Below are positions 51,484 to 61,942 of a DNA stretch of 64,000 bases, in pieces (position 1 is the first letter of the stretch; every line of letters starts with the position of its first letter). The DNA comes from an uncultured cyanobacterium. Its GTDB lineage: Bacteria > Cyanobacteriota > Cyanobacteriia > Cyanobacteriales > Nostocaceae. The stretch is from the NCBI GenBank assembly GCA_963706595.1, contig OY970166.1, forward strand, positions 256,001-320,000, given 5' to 3'. The notes beneath the pieces are model-generated. The model was not told the origin of the DNA. It was given only the letters and a program-made list of their open reading frames with translations, and searched no databases. A program made the translations under genes and the position numbers.

Positions 51484-52827
51484 ATGAAGTTTGACAAAAT
51501 ATTAATTGCCAATCGGGGAGAAATCGCCCTTCGCATTCTCCGAGCCTGTGAAGAAATGGGCATTGCGACCGTTGCGGTTCACTCCACCGTTGACCGGAAT
51601 GCTCTCCACGTCCAACTTGCCGATGAAGCCGTTTGCATTGGCGAGCCTGCTAGCAGTAAAAGTTATTTGAATATTCCTAATATTATTGCTGCTGCTTTAA
51701 CTCGTAACGCCACCGCCATTCATCCTGGTTATGGATTTTTATCAGAAAATGCCCGATTTGCCGAAATCTGTGCCGACCATCATATTGCCTTTATTGGTCC
51801 CACACCCGAAGCTATCCGGCTGATGGGGGATAAATCCACAGCCAAAGAAACGATGCAAAAAGCTTTGGTTCCCACAGTACCCGGTAGTGATGGCTTGGTA
51901 GAATCCGAACAAGAAGGATTATTAATCGCCAAGGATATGGATTATCCGGTGATGATTAAAGCCACAGCTGGCGGCGGCGGCAGGGGAATGCGTTTAGTGC
52001 GTTCTGAAAGCGAATTTGTGAAACTTTTCTTAGCAGCCCAAGGTGAAGCGGGAGCAGCCTTTGGCAATTCTGGCGTTTATGTAGAAAAATTTATTGAACG
52101 TCCCCGCCATATTGAATTTCAAATTTTGGCTGATAATTACGGTAACGTGATCCACTTGGGTGAACGGGACTGCTCAATTCAGCGCCGCAACCAAAAGTTA
52201 CTAGAAGAAGCACCTAGTCCGGCACTTGACCCAGAACTACGGGAGAAAATGGGACAAGCTGCTGTGAGAGCGGCTCAGTTTATTAACTTTACTGGGGCTG
52301 GGACAGTGGAGTTTCTGCTCGATATGTCTGGTAAGTTCTATTTTATGGAAATGAACACCAGGATTCAAGTTGAGCATCCGGTGACAGAGATGGTTACGGG
52401 AATAGATTTAGTTGTAGAACAAATCCGTATTGCCCAAGGGGAAAGACTGAAGATTACCCAGGATCAAGTAGTCTTGCGGGGTCATGCTATCGAATGCCGG
52501 ATTAATGCTGAAGACCCCGACCATGATTTTCGACCCGCACCAGGACGTATTAGTGGCTATCTTCCCCCTGGTGGACCTGGTGTCCGCATTGATTCCCATG
52601 TTTACACCGATTACCAAATCCCCCCTTATTATGATTCCCTGATTGGTAAATTAATTGTTTGGGGACCAGACCGCGCCACTGCAATTAACCGCATGAAACG
52701 CGCACTGCGAGAGTGTGCTATTACTGGACTTCCTACTACCATTGGATTTCACCAAAAAATTATGGAAAACCCCCAATTTTTAAAAGGTAATGTCTACACC
52801 AATTTTGTGCAGGAAATGAAACTTTAG
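51484..52827 (+). CDS. accC: Acetyl-CoA carboxylase biotin carboxylase subunit
   Basis: [43 protein letters not shown] and RINAEDP. Confidence 0.98.
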   Translation: MKFDKILIANRGEIALRILRACEEMGIATVAVHSTVDRNALHVQLADEAVCIGEPASSKSYLNIPNIIAAALTRNATAIHPGYGFLSENARFAEICADHHIAFIGPTPEAIRLMGDKSTAKETMQKALVPTVPGSDGLVESEQEGLLIAKDMDYPVMIKATAGGGGRGMRLVRSESEFVKLFLAAQGEAGAAFGNSGVYVEKFIERPRHIEFQILADNYGNVIHLGERDCSIQRRNQKLLEEAPSPALDPELREKMGQAAVRAAQFINFTGAGTVEFLLDMSGKFYFMEMNTRIQVEHPVTEMVTGIDLVVEQIRIAQGERLKITQDQVVLRGHAIECRINAEDPDHDFRPAPGRISGYLPPGGPGVRIDSHVYTDYQIPPYYDSLIGKLIVWGPDRATAINRMKRALRECAITGLPTTIGFHQKIMENPQFLKGNVYTNFVQEMKL

Positions 52828-53035
52828 GGAGTAAGGAGTGGGGAGTTACTTCGACTACGCTCAGTAACCGGGGGAGTGGGGAGTAGGGAGTGGGGAGTAG
52901 GGAGTGGGGAGTAGGAAGTGGGGAATGTGGGAATTGGGGAATGTGGGATATAAGCCCACCTCTTCCCCCCTGCACCCGTTCGGCTACGCTCACGGCAAGC
53001 CTGCACCCTGCTCCCCTGCACCCTGCTCCCCTGCT
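52826..53035. repeat. Composite STRR region with two 24-nt dispersed elements
   Basis: GGGGAGT, GGGAATGT and CCCTGCA/CCCTGCT arrays, with 24-nt inserts at 52847-52870 and 52976-52999. Confidence 0.85.
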
Positions 53036-53047
53036 TCTTCCATTTCT

Positions 53048-53341
53048 CTAATTCAAACGACTGATCATGGTGAGTAGTCCTTGCTGACCAAGGAGAATTT
53101 CTCTGATCAGGCTGAAAATGCCCACCCAAATAATGGGGGTAATATCTACCCCTCCTATGGGTTGTACTAGCTTTCGCATCGGCACTAAAAAGGGTTCAGT
53201 CGGCCAAGCTATGAGGTTAAAGGGCAAACGATTCAGGTCTACTTGTGGATACCAAGTCAGAATTATGCGGAAAATAAACAAAAATATCATCAGTCCCAAC
53301 GCAGGGCCGAGAATCCAGACAGTCAGGTTAACACCAGTCAT
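53048..53341 (-). CDS. YggT/Ycf19-family membrane protein
   Basis: RIILTWYP...PTEPFL.P.RK...PIGGVDITP motif. Confidence 0.92.
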   Translation of the reverse strand: MTGVNLTVWILGPALGLMIFLFIFRIILTWYPQVDLNRLPFNLIAWPTEPFLVPMRKLVQPIGGVDITPIIWVGIFSLIREILLGQQGLLTMISRLN

Positions 53342-53550
53342 CGGTTTGAGCTACTATTTGTGAACTTAGAAAGAATTTAGGCGATCGCCAGCAAATTGGC
53401 AGCTTTTTTAAATCTTCTTTCTTTCATTTTAACCAATTGAACCAACCACACCTTCTTGTAGAGACGCGATTCATCGCGTCTTCTTATTGCATTTTTTGCG
53501 AGACACCATATTAGAATTATGATGAAGTGTGTAAAAAAAGGTTTAGAAAT

Positions 53551-53670
53551 ATGACCCCTTCATTAGCAAATTTTCTTTGGAGTCTACTCTGGGGTGGTTT
53601 GATTGTAGTCGTCCCCGCTACAGTTGGGCTGATTTTCATTAGCCAAAAAGATAAAATCCAGCGTTTATAA
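53551..53670 (+). CDS. psbX: Photosystem II protein X (not in the ORF track)
   Basis: [39 protein letters not shown], 39 aa. Confidence 0.95.
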   Translation: MTPSLANFLWSLLWGGLIVVVPATVGLIFISQKDKIQRL

Positions 53671-53676
53671 TGCTTT

Positions 53677-53700
53677 TGAGAGTCCAAAGGACTCTCATTT
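53677..53700 (+). terminator. Hairpin/terminator after psbX
   Basis: TGAGAGTCC-AAA-GGACTCTCA-TTT. Confidence 0.6.
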
Positions 53701-53962
53701 CTCACCGATTGTCTGTCAGCTATTTTAGTTAAAACTGATTTAAAGTAGTTTATCTAATTGCACTAAATGCAGAAAGTCCTCCCACTGAGGACAAGGTATA
53801 CTTAGTTGACAGACATCGGCTTTTCTGCTGGCGGTGAATAGCTTGAGAAGCTCTCTTTACCAAAGGCTTTACAGCTTAAATATATTGTGCATATTGTCTC
53901 TGATTAGAGTAGTGATTTTAATTCTGACTCGCTAACATAGATTTGATATTTGGAAAAGAACA

Positions 53963-54871
53963 ATGGTAAATTTTGGGCTGAACTCAGCCAGCGTTCTGGC
54001 TCAAGTCAATTTTGGGACGAACTCAGCCAGTATTCTAGGAATTTTCCTGGCTGTGTCTGGGGCAGCACTGTATTTTCTCCGCACTGTGCGTCCAGAACTG
54101 TCACGAGATCAAGATATCTTTTTTGCAGCTGTGGGCTTACTCTGCGGCTTCATTCTCATTTTCCAAGGATGGCGTTTAGACCCGATTTTGCAATTTAATC
54201 AGCTGCTGTTAGTTGGTTCAACTGTGTTTTTTGCGGTTGAAAGTATTCGTTTGCGAGGTATCGCTACTCAACAAGCTAAACGTAATACTCCCATTGTGGA
54301 CGACGAGCGAGAGGTCAGCAGAAACTATTCTTACAATCGCAGGGGATATGAGGCTGAGGTAGAGGATGATCTAGAACCACTACCTTATGAAGAGGAAGAA
54401 CCACCTGTACGTCCTCGGATTCGAGGTAGTAGGGATACTCGTTCTTCTCGTGATGACTACTACGAGGAGCAACCCCCACGTCGTCCAGAACGCCGCAGTA
54501 GTAGGGAAAGACCAGAAACAGGAGCAACAAGCCGTCGTCCTAGTTCTAGCCGTCCTGTGAGCCGTAATCCTGAGAGTTTTGAGCAAGAAGATTGGAGTGC
54601 TTCTAGTAGACCAGTTGATGATTGGGAAAATCCAGAAGGGGAAGTGAGAAAATCTTCTCGTCGTAGCAGTAATAGACCACCACGCCCAGATACTCCAGAC
54701 CAGGATATCCCGCCCAGAACCAGAAAGCGCCGCCCACCGGCTGACTCAAGTTCTCGGAGACCGCGTGAGGATGATGATGCTATACCAACTGAATACGTAC
54801 CATATAACCCGATCGAAAAACCCAGTCAGGAGCCAGATAATTCGACTGACTTTGATGATGGTATGATTTAG
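53963..54871 (+). CDS. ycf66: Ycf66-family protein
   Basis: LYFLR..RPELSRDQDIFF and FQGWRLDPILQF, followed by an R/E/P-rich tail. Confidence 0.9.
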   Translation: MVNFGLNSASVLAQVNFGTNSASILGIFLAVSGAALYFLRTVRPELSRDQDIFFAAVGLLCGFILIFQGWRLDPILQFNQLLLVGSTVFFAVESIRLRGIATQQAKRNTPIVDDEREVSRNYSYNRRGYEAEVEDDLEPLPYEEEEPPVRPRIRGSRDTRSSRDDYYEEQPPRRPERRSSRERPETGATSRRPSSSRPVSRNPESFEQEDWSASSRPVDDWENPEGEVRKSSRRSSNRPPRPDTPDQDIPPRTRKRRPPADSSSRRPREDDDAIPTEYVPYNPIEKPSQEPDNSTDFDDGMI

Positions 54872-54918
54872 AACTTTTGGGTGAGAATTAGGTCTGAAGG
54901 CGATGGAAAACAATTGAG

Positions 54919-55470
54919 GTGAAAAGACTTACGCCTAGATGTTGGCTCCAAAAACCAATTCATTGGAGCCTGGTTTTTAGCTTTGCTAGTTTATTGTTAT
55001 CTTGTAGTTCTAACGAAATACCCATAGGGTCTATTTCTCTCAACAGTCGCTACACTGAAGAGCAACCAGCGTTAAGTGGAAATGGGCGCTTTTTAGCGTT
55101 TATATCGAATCGCAATGGTAGTCACCAATTGTTGATCTATGATTTGACAGAACAACGATTGGTTCGCACCCCAGGTTTAAATAGACCCCGAACAATTACT
55201 GAAAGTCCGAGTTTGAGTTATACGGGGCGTTATATTGCTTATCTTACAAGTGAGCAAGGTAGACCTGTGGTGGCACTTTATGATCGCGCTACGCAAAAGT
55301 CACAAATTATTACTCCTACTTATCGCGGTTGGGTGAGAAATCCGGGAATTAGCCCAGATGGACGTTTTGTTGTGTTTGAAACCGCTAGCCGTGGTCAGTG
55401 GGATATTGAAGTTTTAGACCGGGGACCGAATATTGAGTTAGATATTCCCAGTGGTGCAAGTGTCAATTAA
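54919..55470 (+). CDS. TolB-like PD40 repeat lipoprotein (three blades)
   Basis: Lipobox LLLSC; repeats PALSGNGRFLAF, PSLSYTGRYIAY and PGISPDGRFVVF. Confidence 0.85.
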   Translation: MKRLTPRCWLQKPIHWSLVFSFASLLLSCSSNEIPIGSISLNSRYTEEQPALSGNGRFLAFISNRNGSHQLLIYDLTEQRLVRTPGLNRPRTITESPSLSYTGRYIAYLTSEQGRPVVALYDRATQKSQIITPTYRGWVRNPGISPDGRFVVFETASRGQWDIEVLDRGPNIELDIPSGASVN

Positions 55471-55634
55471 TTTTTTCGTTTTGTAGAGACGCGATTTATC
55501 GCTGCTGCGATTTATCGCGTCTGCTATTTAAGAGGCACTACACCATGCAAGCGATCGCCAAGAAATGGTATTAGTTATAAGCTGTTGGTCTTATGACCAT
55601 TGACTAATGACTAATGACTAATGACCATTGACTA

Positions 55635-56165
55635 ATGACTAATAAAACTATTTTTATACCTATATTTGTTGCGAGCTTGGCTTTATTAGGTGGTTGTGTT
55701 GGTTATCCTCGCCTAGCAAATTATCCTTTTGATCCTGGTGGTCGGAGTCTTAACAGTCCAGCTTCGGAACTAAACCCCCAAATTTCTGGAAGATATATTG
55801 TTTTTACAAGCGATCGCCGGGGTAGTCAAGATGTATATATGTTTGATACACTGACTCGCAGTTTGGTAGATTTACCCGGTTTAAATGCTTTAGATACCAT
55901 CGCCTCTCATCCTAGTGTGGCTGAAAATGGTCGCTATGTTGTTTTTGCGGCTAGTCGTCAGGGGCGATCTACTATTTTTCTCTATGACCGAGAAACCAGA
56001 CAATCCAGAAATTTAACGAATAATTTGCAAGCGGAAGTCCGCAACCCCACTATTAGCGCTGATGGTCGGAGGATTGCGTTTGAGTATAGTAACAATGGGC
56101 AATGGGATGTTTTAGTTTATGAACAATCTGGACAAAGGTTGAATATAGCTCAAGATCCGCGTTAG
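55635..56165 (+). CDS. TolB-like PD40 repeat lipoprotein (three blades)
   Basis: Lipobox LLGGC; repeats PQISGRYIVF, PSVAENGRYVVF and PTISADGRRIAF. Confidence 0.85.
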   Translation: MTNKTIFIPIFVASLALLGGCVGYPRLANYPFDPGGRSLNSPASELNPQISGRYIVFTSDRRGSQDVYMFDTLTRSLVDLPGLNALDTIASHPSVAENGRYVVFAASRQGRSTIFLYDRETRQSRNLTNNLQAEVRNPTISADGRRIAFEYSNNGQWDVLVYEQSGQRLNIAQDPR

Positions 56166-56195
56166 AGCTTAGAGGCTATTACTCTTATTTCTTCT

Positions 56196-56250
56196 CCCCA
56201 CTCCCCACTCCCTACTCCCTACTCCCTACTCCCTACTCCCCACTCCCCAC
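56196..56250 (+). repeat. STRR array (CCCCACT/CCCTACT)n overlapping the sdhB 3' end
   Basis: About eight units. They encode the last residues (VGSGE) and the TAG stop of sdhB. Confidence 0.9.
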
Positions 56251-57240
56251 TTCTTGCTGTACAGATTCGATGAGCGATCGCACTTGTTGAGTACCTTGGG
56301 AAGGTTCAAAGGAGAGTGGGAACTTACCCCTAACGATCATCCGCAAACCCAGAGGTGCAAGACTGAGTAATCCTTTGAGGTCTTTAAAATAGTTACCCAC
56401 AACTTGGATACCAAATTGACGTTCATCGATCCAACCACCTTCTTTGACTAAATCTACTAATACTTTGCGGTGGCGAATTGAACGACTGTCTTTGGCCTCT
56501 TTGCGTTGGAGAATTTCTTGTTTAATTTTCGTGATTTGCTCTAATGGTGCTACTTCCATTGGACAAACTGAATCACAGTAAAAACAACGAGTACAACCCC
56601 ACACTCCTTTAGTTCCTTCGTTATAACTTTCTAAGCGATTTTCAGTTTCACTATCACGAGAGTCGGCGACCATGCGAAAGGCTTTAGCCAAAGCATGAGG
56701 GCCAACAAAATCTGGATTAACTTCACGAGCATTACATTCAGAGTAGCAAGCACCACACATAATACAATTGCCAGTCTGATCAAGACGCGATCGCTCCTGT
56801 GGTGTTTGTAAAAATTCCCTTTCTGGAACCTGTCGCGCTGCTGTACTGACATAGGGAGCAACTGCATCGAGATGATTCCAGAAACTACTCATGTCTACAA
56901 CCAAATCTTTAATCACGGGCATATTACCCAGAGGAGCTACTGTAATTTCCCGAATAGGGTTGGCGTTATTCTCCAAAGCATTAATTTGTGGTAATCTAGC
57001 TAGTTCACTACCCACATTTTCCTTACAAGCTAAAGCTGAACGCCCATTTATTCGCATAGCACAGCTACCACAAATTGTATTGCGACAATTTTTGCGGAAA
57101 GCGAGTGTTCCATCTTGTTCCCACTTAATTTGATTGAGGCAATCTAAGATTGTATTGCCAGAATCCACCTCTAAAAGGTAAGTTTGTACAACAGGAGAAG
57201 AATTTTGTTGCTGCCGAATGATCTTAAATATAACTTCCAT
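56233..57240 (-). CDS. sdhB: Succinate dehydrogenase/fumarate reductase iron-sulfur subunit
   Basis: CRNTICGSC, CIMCGACYSEC and CTRCFYCDSVCP clusters. Start at ATG 57240. Confidence 0.95.
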   Translation of the reverse strand: MEVIFKIIRQQQNSSPVVQTYLLEVDSGNTILDCLNQIKWEQDGTLAFRKNCRNTICGSCAMRINGRSALACKENVGSELARLPQINALENNANPIREITVAPLGNMPVIKDLVVDMSSFWNHLDAVAPYVSTAARQVPEREFLQTPQERSRLDQTGNCIMCGACYSECNAREVNPDFVGPHALAKAFRMVADSRDSETENRLESYNEGTKGVWGCTRCFYCDSVCPMEVAPLEQITKIKQEILQRKEAKDSRSIRHRKVLVDLVKEGGWIDERQFGIQVVGNYFKDLKGLLSLAPLGLRMIVRGKFPLSFEPSQGTQQVRSLIESVQQEVGSGE

Positions 57241-58634
57241 TATCACTAACCTAAATCTTAAAATTAGATCACCAGCCTCAGAAATCGTGAGTAAAGGCTG
57301 CTGGTTGCACAAATTGAGCTATACTCTTGTAGCCCTGCATTCCCAGCCAAGTGTTAATAGGCTGATGATCACAGAGCAACTGATTCTAGTTTAAGGATAA
57401 CCATTAAAATTTAATTTGAAGAAGTGCTACAAGTGATATTATTGTCAAGCTCCAAAACCAAAGTCAAATCAGCTAATGGTAGCTGGAGCGTTTAACTGAC
57501 TTGTTTGGCAGTACAACCGCAAGTAGGTTGAGCAGGAGAAAGACCTACGTTCATTTCCTCCATAGTCAAGATATCCAAAGGAAATACAGTAATGTTTCTC
57601 AATATATCTTGATGCTAAGAGCAATGGGAGCCATTGGTGGTAAAAATCCCTGTTCTAGTCGAAAAGGGGGAATTTTTTGTGGAGATAGAAGTGCTAAACC
57701 TGTTGATAAACATCTGGTGACAATCAAGCATTTGGAAAATATGGGAAAATTTATTCTTCCCAAAGACAGACGTATATAATGGTCGCCCGCTTTTTGTCTC
57801 ATGACCATAAACCAGCAGAACAAACCTCAGTTAGTTTTGTCTGTAGGAAATCCAGGAAATCTGGAATTTAACTCATTTGTCAAAACTGCTCGTCTAAATC
57901 TAGATTAATTTTTATAAAAGCCATGCTGCAATACTCACTAGGGCAATAAAGCATGAGGAAAATCTTTACCGCTTTTTGCCTCCCCAAGGTTAGATATTTA
58001 GATTAAAGTCTATCTGCAAGTTAAATTCAAAACTAAACAATTATTTTGCTATTATTAGTTCATGCTAGTATTTAATATAAAATTACGAAGTAACAAATCC
58101 AGTACCAATAGCTGCATAAGCATGGTTAATGCTGCTTTGTTAATTCGTAATGTGGAGACAAGAAAATTCATGTCTCTACAGGCAGGACAAAGGTGTATGT
58201 CCGGAAGAGCCTATTCAAATACTATGCTGTCCTGGGCTGGAGAGTTAGAGTAGGAAAAACCTAACAACTCAAGGGCAATAAAGGCCAGCACTGAAAGTTG
58301 AAAGCCTGCAATTTATTGGGTCTACGACTTATTTGTAGTAGAACTCAAACCCATTGTGAAGGTGGCTGAAATTTACACCGCTACAGTCACGTCAAAAGAG
58401 AAAATCAATTGATTTTCAATGGCGAGTAATGGTTAGAAGTGCCGTAAAATCACCTAAATTAATGTTGGTGGCCACCATGACCTCTAATTTGTTGCGGTTG
58501 ACCATAATATAGGCGCTTGTAACTCAACCTATCAGCAGGAATTTATCCCCCATAGTAGGGTCATGAGTAGTCAAATACTGGCATGAAACAACTTCGTTTA
58601 TCAGTTTGGAGAGAGTAAGGAAAATTTGAGCGTA

Positions 58635-59066
58635 ATGACTGAAACTGCAACCGCACCATTAACTGGAAAAGCATTGCTTGCTAAGGTAAAAGAACTTTCT
58701 AATTTACCTCGTAGAGAAAGAGCCAAGCAGTGCGGCTACTACACCGTTACTAAGAATAATCAAGTTCGCGTTAATCTCACAGATTTTTATGATGCTTTGC
58801 TATCGGCTAGAGGTATTCCCCTTAGTCCAGAGGCTCCTAAAGATGGTCGTGGAAGAGAACCGACATATCGAGTCAGCGTTCACCAAAACGGTCAAATTGT
58901 AATTGGTGCTACCTACACTAAGGCAATGAACTTAAAGCCAGGAGATGAGTTTGAAATCAGACTGGGATATAAGCATATTCACTTGATTCAACTTGGTGAA
59001 ACCGATAAAAAAGCCACCTCTGAAGATATCGACGCTGAAGAATCAGATGAAGATGTAGATGAATAA
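58635..59066 (+). CDS. Cyanobacterial AbrB-family regulator (cyAbrB, CalA-like)
   Basis: PLTGKALL.KVKEL, CGYY, NLTDFYDALL.A.G and YRVSVHQNGQIVIGATYT...LKPGDEFEIRLGYKHI. Confidence 0.92.
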   Translation: MTETATAPLTGKALLAKVKELSNLPRRERAKQCGYYTVTKNNQVRVNLTDFYDALLSARGIPLSPEAPKDGRGREPTYRVSVHQNGQIVIGATYTKAMNLKPGDEFEIRLGYKHIHLIQLGETDKKATSEDIDAEESDEDVDE

Positions 59067-59240
59067 GAGTAAGTTTGCTGATGGTGAAGGCTTGATAACT
59101 CATTGCTAGCACTACAGCTAACAGCTAATTTTCTTGGCTGAAATTTTGTAAGATTGTAAAAATACGATTAGACCCCTTGCAGAAGTCACAGATTCTAGTA
59201 GAGTCTTGATTAATAAGCAAGCAGTCTATCGTGTTTTTTT

Positions 59241-60095
59241 ATGTCTATTTTGATAAATATAGTCAATACGTTACGAATATTTATAGAAAACGCATCAGTT
59301 CCGGTTGTCGTGATCACATTTTTTATTGGCTGGATAGGATGCTGGTTGCCAATAGCAGCAGTAATAGTAATTAACCTGAATTGGCAACCTACCAAACCTT
59401 TACAGCCAGAACAAAAATTACCCTTATTAGTGCCACTTTATCTATTAGCCCCCTTGCTTCTCTGGGGCTTTATTTGGCTATCCCATAAATCTTTCTCAGA
59501 TTACGGCTTTGTGGGTAATGTTTCCCTGCTGGGTTCTTTAGCACTTGGTTTTGGTTTGGGAGTATTCAGCCTAGCAATTATGTTTATCTGCCAATTTTGG
59601 CTAGGCTGGTGCTATTTGGAGAAGTCAAATATCAAGTTGATACCATCCATTCTGCCAACTATTTTATTGGTAGCGTTGTTAGTTGGGGGTATAGAAGAGT
59701 TAGTTTTTCGGGGTTTCTTATTGACTGAATTAGAGCGTGATTACCCAGTATGGTTAGCTGCGGCAATTTCTAGCTTAATTTTTGCCCTGCTGCATTTAGT
59801 CTGGGAGCAACGGGAAACTAAACCCCAAATCCCTGGATTGTGGCTGATGGGAATGATGCTGGTGTTGGCTAGGATTGCTGATGGTGGTAGTTTGGGTATG
59901 GCTTGGGGATTACACGCGGCTTTAGTGTGGGCGATCGCTACTGTAGATACAGCAGGATTGATTACTTATACTGGTAAAGCTGGGGAATGGTGGACTGGTA
60001 AAAACAAAAAACCCCTAGCTGGGGCGGCGGGAATTATTTGTGTGTTGGGAACTGGGTTAATTCTTTGGTTGCTTTCTAAGTATTTTTTAACTTAA
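59241..60095 (+). CDS. CPBP (CAAX/Abi) family intramembrane glutamic endopeptidase
   Basis: EELVFRG, FALLH and GLH motifs in a multi-TM protein. Confidence 0.9.
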   Translation: MSILINIVNTLRIFIENASVPVVVITFFIGWIGCWLPIAAVIVINLNWQPTKPLQPEQKLPLLVPLYLLAPLLLWGFIWLSHKSFSDYGFVGNVSLLGSLALGFGLGVFSLAIMFICQFWLGWCYLEKSNIKLIPSILPTILLVALLVGGIEELVFRGFLLTELERDYPVWLAAAISSLIFALLHLVWEQRETKPQIPGLWLMGMMLVLARIADGGSLGMAWGLHAALVWAIATVDTAGLITYTGKAGEWWTGKNKKPLAGAAGIICVLGTGLILWLLSKYFLT

Positions 60096-60287
60096 ATACC
60101 AGATATTTCCGGTTTGTAGCAAAATCAACATCAAAAAACCAAGCAAACTTTTTACTGGCATAGTATAAATAGTAAAAGCTTAATTAAGCAAGTTCACTAG
60201 CATAAGTAGAAAAAATGTAATAATTCTGGCTTGAACTTATGTAAAAATTAACTTAGTAAAAAATAAAGCCTGGGGTTAGTTGTCTAA

Positions 60288-60593
60288 ATGAACAACAATG
60301 AGCAAATCAAGATTTTGTTTCTGACAGCTGATCCTAGCGATGCGGCGCGATTACGCTTGGGACAAGAGTTGCGAGATATTCGTGAGAGGCTGCAACTAGC
60401 AAAAGAGCGAGATAGATTTGTTCTAGAATCCCGTGAGTCTGTACGTCCAGGGGATATCACTCCATTTTTCTGGACACGGGAAAAGTAAGTCAGAACAGTT
60501 GAAATACAGAGTTCACCCGCAGCTAATTTAAATCCTGGACAAAGGCGGCGATTAGTAAATCAGTTAAACAAAAGCCTTACAGCGTTCAATTAA
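60288..60593 (+). pseudogene. Internally deleted CHAT-domain protein relic
   Basis: KILFLTADPSD..RLRLGQELRDI.E.L......RF is a CHAT N-terminus and breaks off after VRPGDI. TAA at 60486 is followed in frame by a short tail (LNPGQRRRL). Confidence 0.65.
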
Positions 60594-60837
60594 TAAGTTA
60601 CGAAATACCTATCGCAATATAGTTTCTGTTCATGAATGGCAAGCACTGGCAATAGTGCATCATTCTAAGCAGATAGAAAACCATCCAATATATCGGGGTC
60701 TATTATTTAAACTTTGTATTTTGGAATATTGCTATCTTGATAAAGAGGGAAGAAGTCAAGTTTGGTACGATATTCATCCCCTTATTAAAGAAATTAAACA
60801 ATTTCAGGCTGTTTTGAATCCATTATACCCGTTATAA
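60568..60837 (+). pseudogene. C-terminal fragment of a cyanobacterial P-loop ATPase
   Basis: ALQRSINKLRNTYR...EWQALA...YRGLLF..CILEY.Y...WYDIHPLI. No Walker motifs and no proper start. Confidence 0.55.
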
Positions 60838-60988
60838 ATATGTAATTTACTTTCTGGTATGAATACTTGTTACCTAGAAATAAACACATTAAGACCAGGA
60901 CAGCGACAGGTAGATATAAAAACATTTTGAATATTTGTAAGTGCGATCGCGCCATTAAAGCCAACGCGATCGCTAAATCATCCATTCT

Positions 60989-61942
60989 TTAACTAATGAA
61001 ATGCAGATGGCTGATGACCGTACTAATCAGATTATGGGTGATAGGGAGGCTATCTATCACCATACCCAAACACAACAGCATCATGTAAGAGATGGAATAG
61101 AGAAACAACTCTCTAGCTACAATGCGATCCTCTGGGTTGTGTAACAAACGCCAAGATTTGTGAACAAATAATCCTCCCAGACTCACAGCGATCGCTCCAT
61201 AGACAAATCCACTGGCGTGCAAGGGATAAACTAGTAACACCGTAGCTGCGACTGTCACCAGTGTGTAATACCAAATCTGCTTGACGGTTGCTATATCACC
61301 CTCAACTACAGGTAACATGGGGATGCCAACTTTGGCGTAATCATCCCGAATCATCAGCGCTAACGCCCAGAAATGGGGAGGTGTCCAGAGAAAGACTATG
61401 GCAAAAATTAACCATGCTGCCCAGCTTAAAGTCCCTGTGACAGCAGCCCAACCCACTAACGCCGGAATTGCTCCTGCGGCTCCACCAATAACAATATTTT
61501 GAGTGCTGTGGCGTTTCAACCAGTGGGTGTAGATCAAAATATAGAAGACAATACCGGAGAATGCTAGACAAGCAGCTAGTAAATTTGCGAATACTGCTAG
61601 TAGTGTAAAAGACATCACAGCTAAAGCGATCGCAAAAATTAAGGCATCACGAGGCTGCACCTTACCCGAAGGGATTGGACGATGACGCGTCCGTTCCATA
61701 TCATAGTCAATATCCCGATCATAAATACAGTTAATTGTCTGGGCGCTAGCAGCAGCCAAAGTACCACCAGTAAGAGTTACTAGCAGTAACAATGGGTCTA
61801 CTTGTCCGTGTGCAGCAATCCACATACTTCCAGCCGTAGTAATCAACAGCAACGGAATAATCCGGGGCTTTGTGAGTTGATAGTAGCTTTGGATAACTTG
61901 GAGAAGTGTTTGGTGGTGGCGAGAGACATTAGTCTCAATCAT
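60989..61942 (-). CDS. ctaB: Heme O synthase (protoheme IX farnesyltransferase)
   Basis: [29 protein letters not shown] and WTPPHFWAL. Confidence 0.96.
   Translation of the reverse strand: MIETNVSRHHQTLLQVIQSYYQLTKPRIIPLLLITTAGSMWIAAHGQVDPLLLLVTLTGGTLAAASAQTINCIYDRDIDYDMERTRHRPIPSGKVQPRDALIFAIALAVMSFTLLAVFANLLAACLAFSGIVFYILIYTHWLKRHSTQNIVIGGAAGAIPALVGWAAVTGTLSWAAWLIFAIVFLWTPPHFWALALMIRDDYAKVGIPMLPVVEGDIATVKQIWYYTLVTVAATVLLVYPLHASGFVYGAIAVSLGGLFVHKSWRLLHNPEDRIVARELFLYSISYMMLLCLGMVIDSLPITHNLISTVISHLHFIS

Noticed and set aside
52760..53129. ORFs 52760-52993 and 52824-53129
   Set aside because: They are translations of STRR arrays (PHSPLPT repeats).
57501..57823. Overlapping ORFs 57501-57779 (+) and 57599-57823 (-)
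   Set aside because: No recognisable domain or clear RBS; they cannot be supported as genes.
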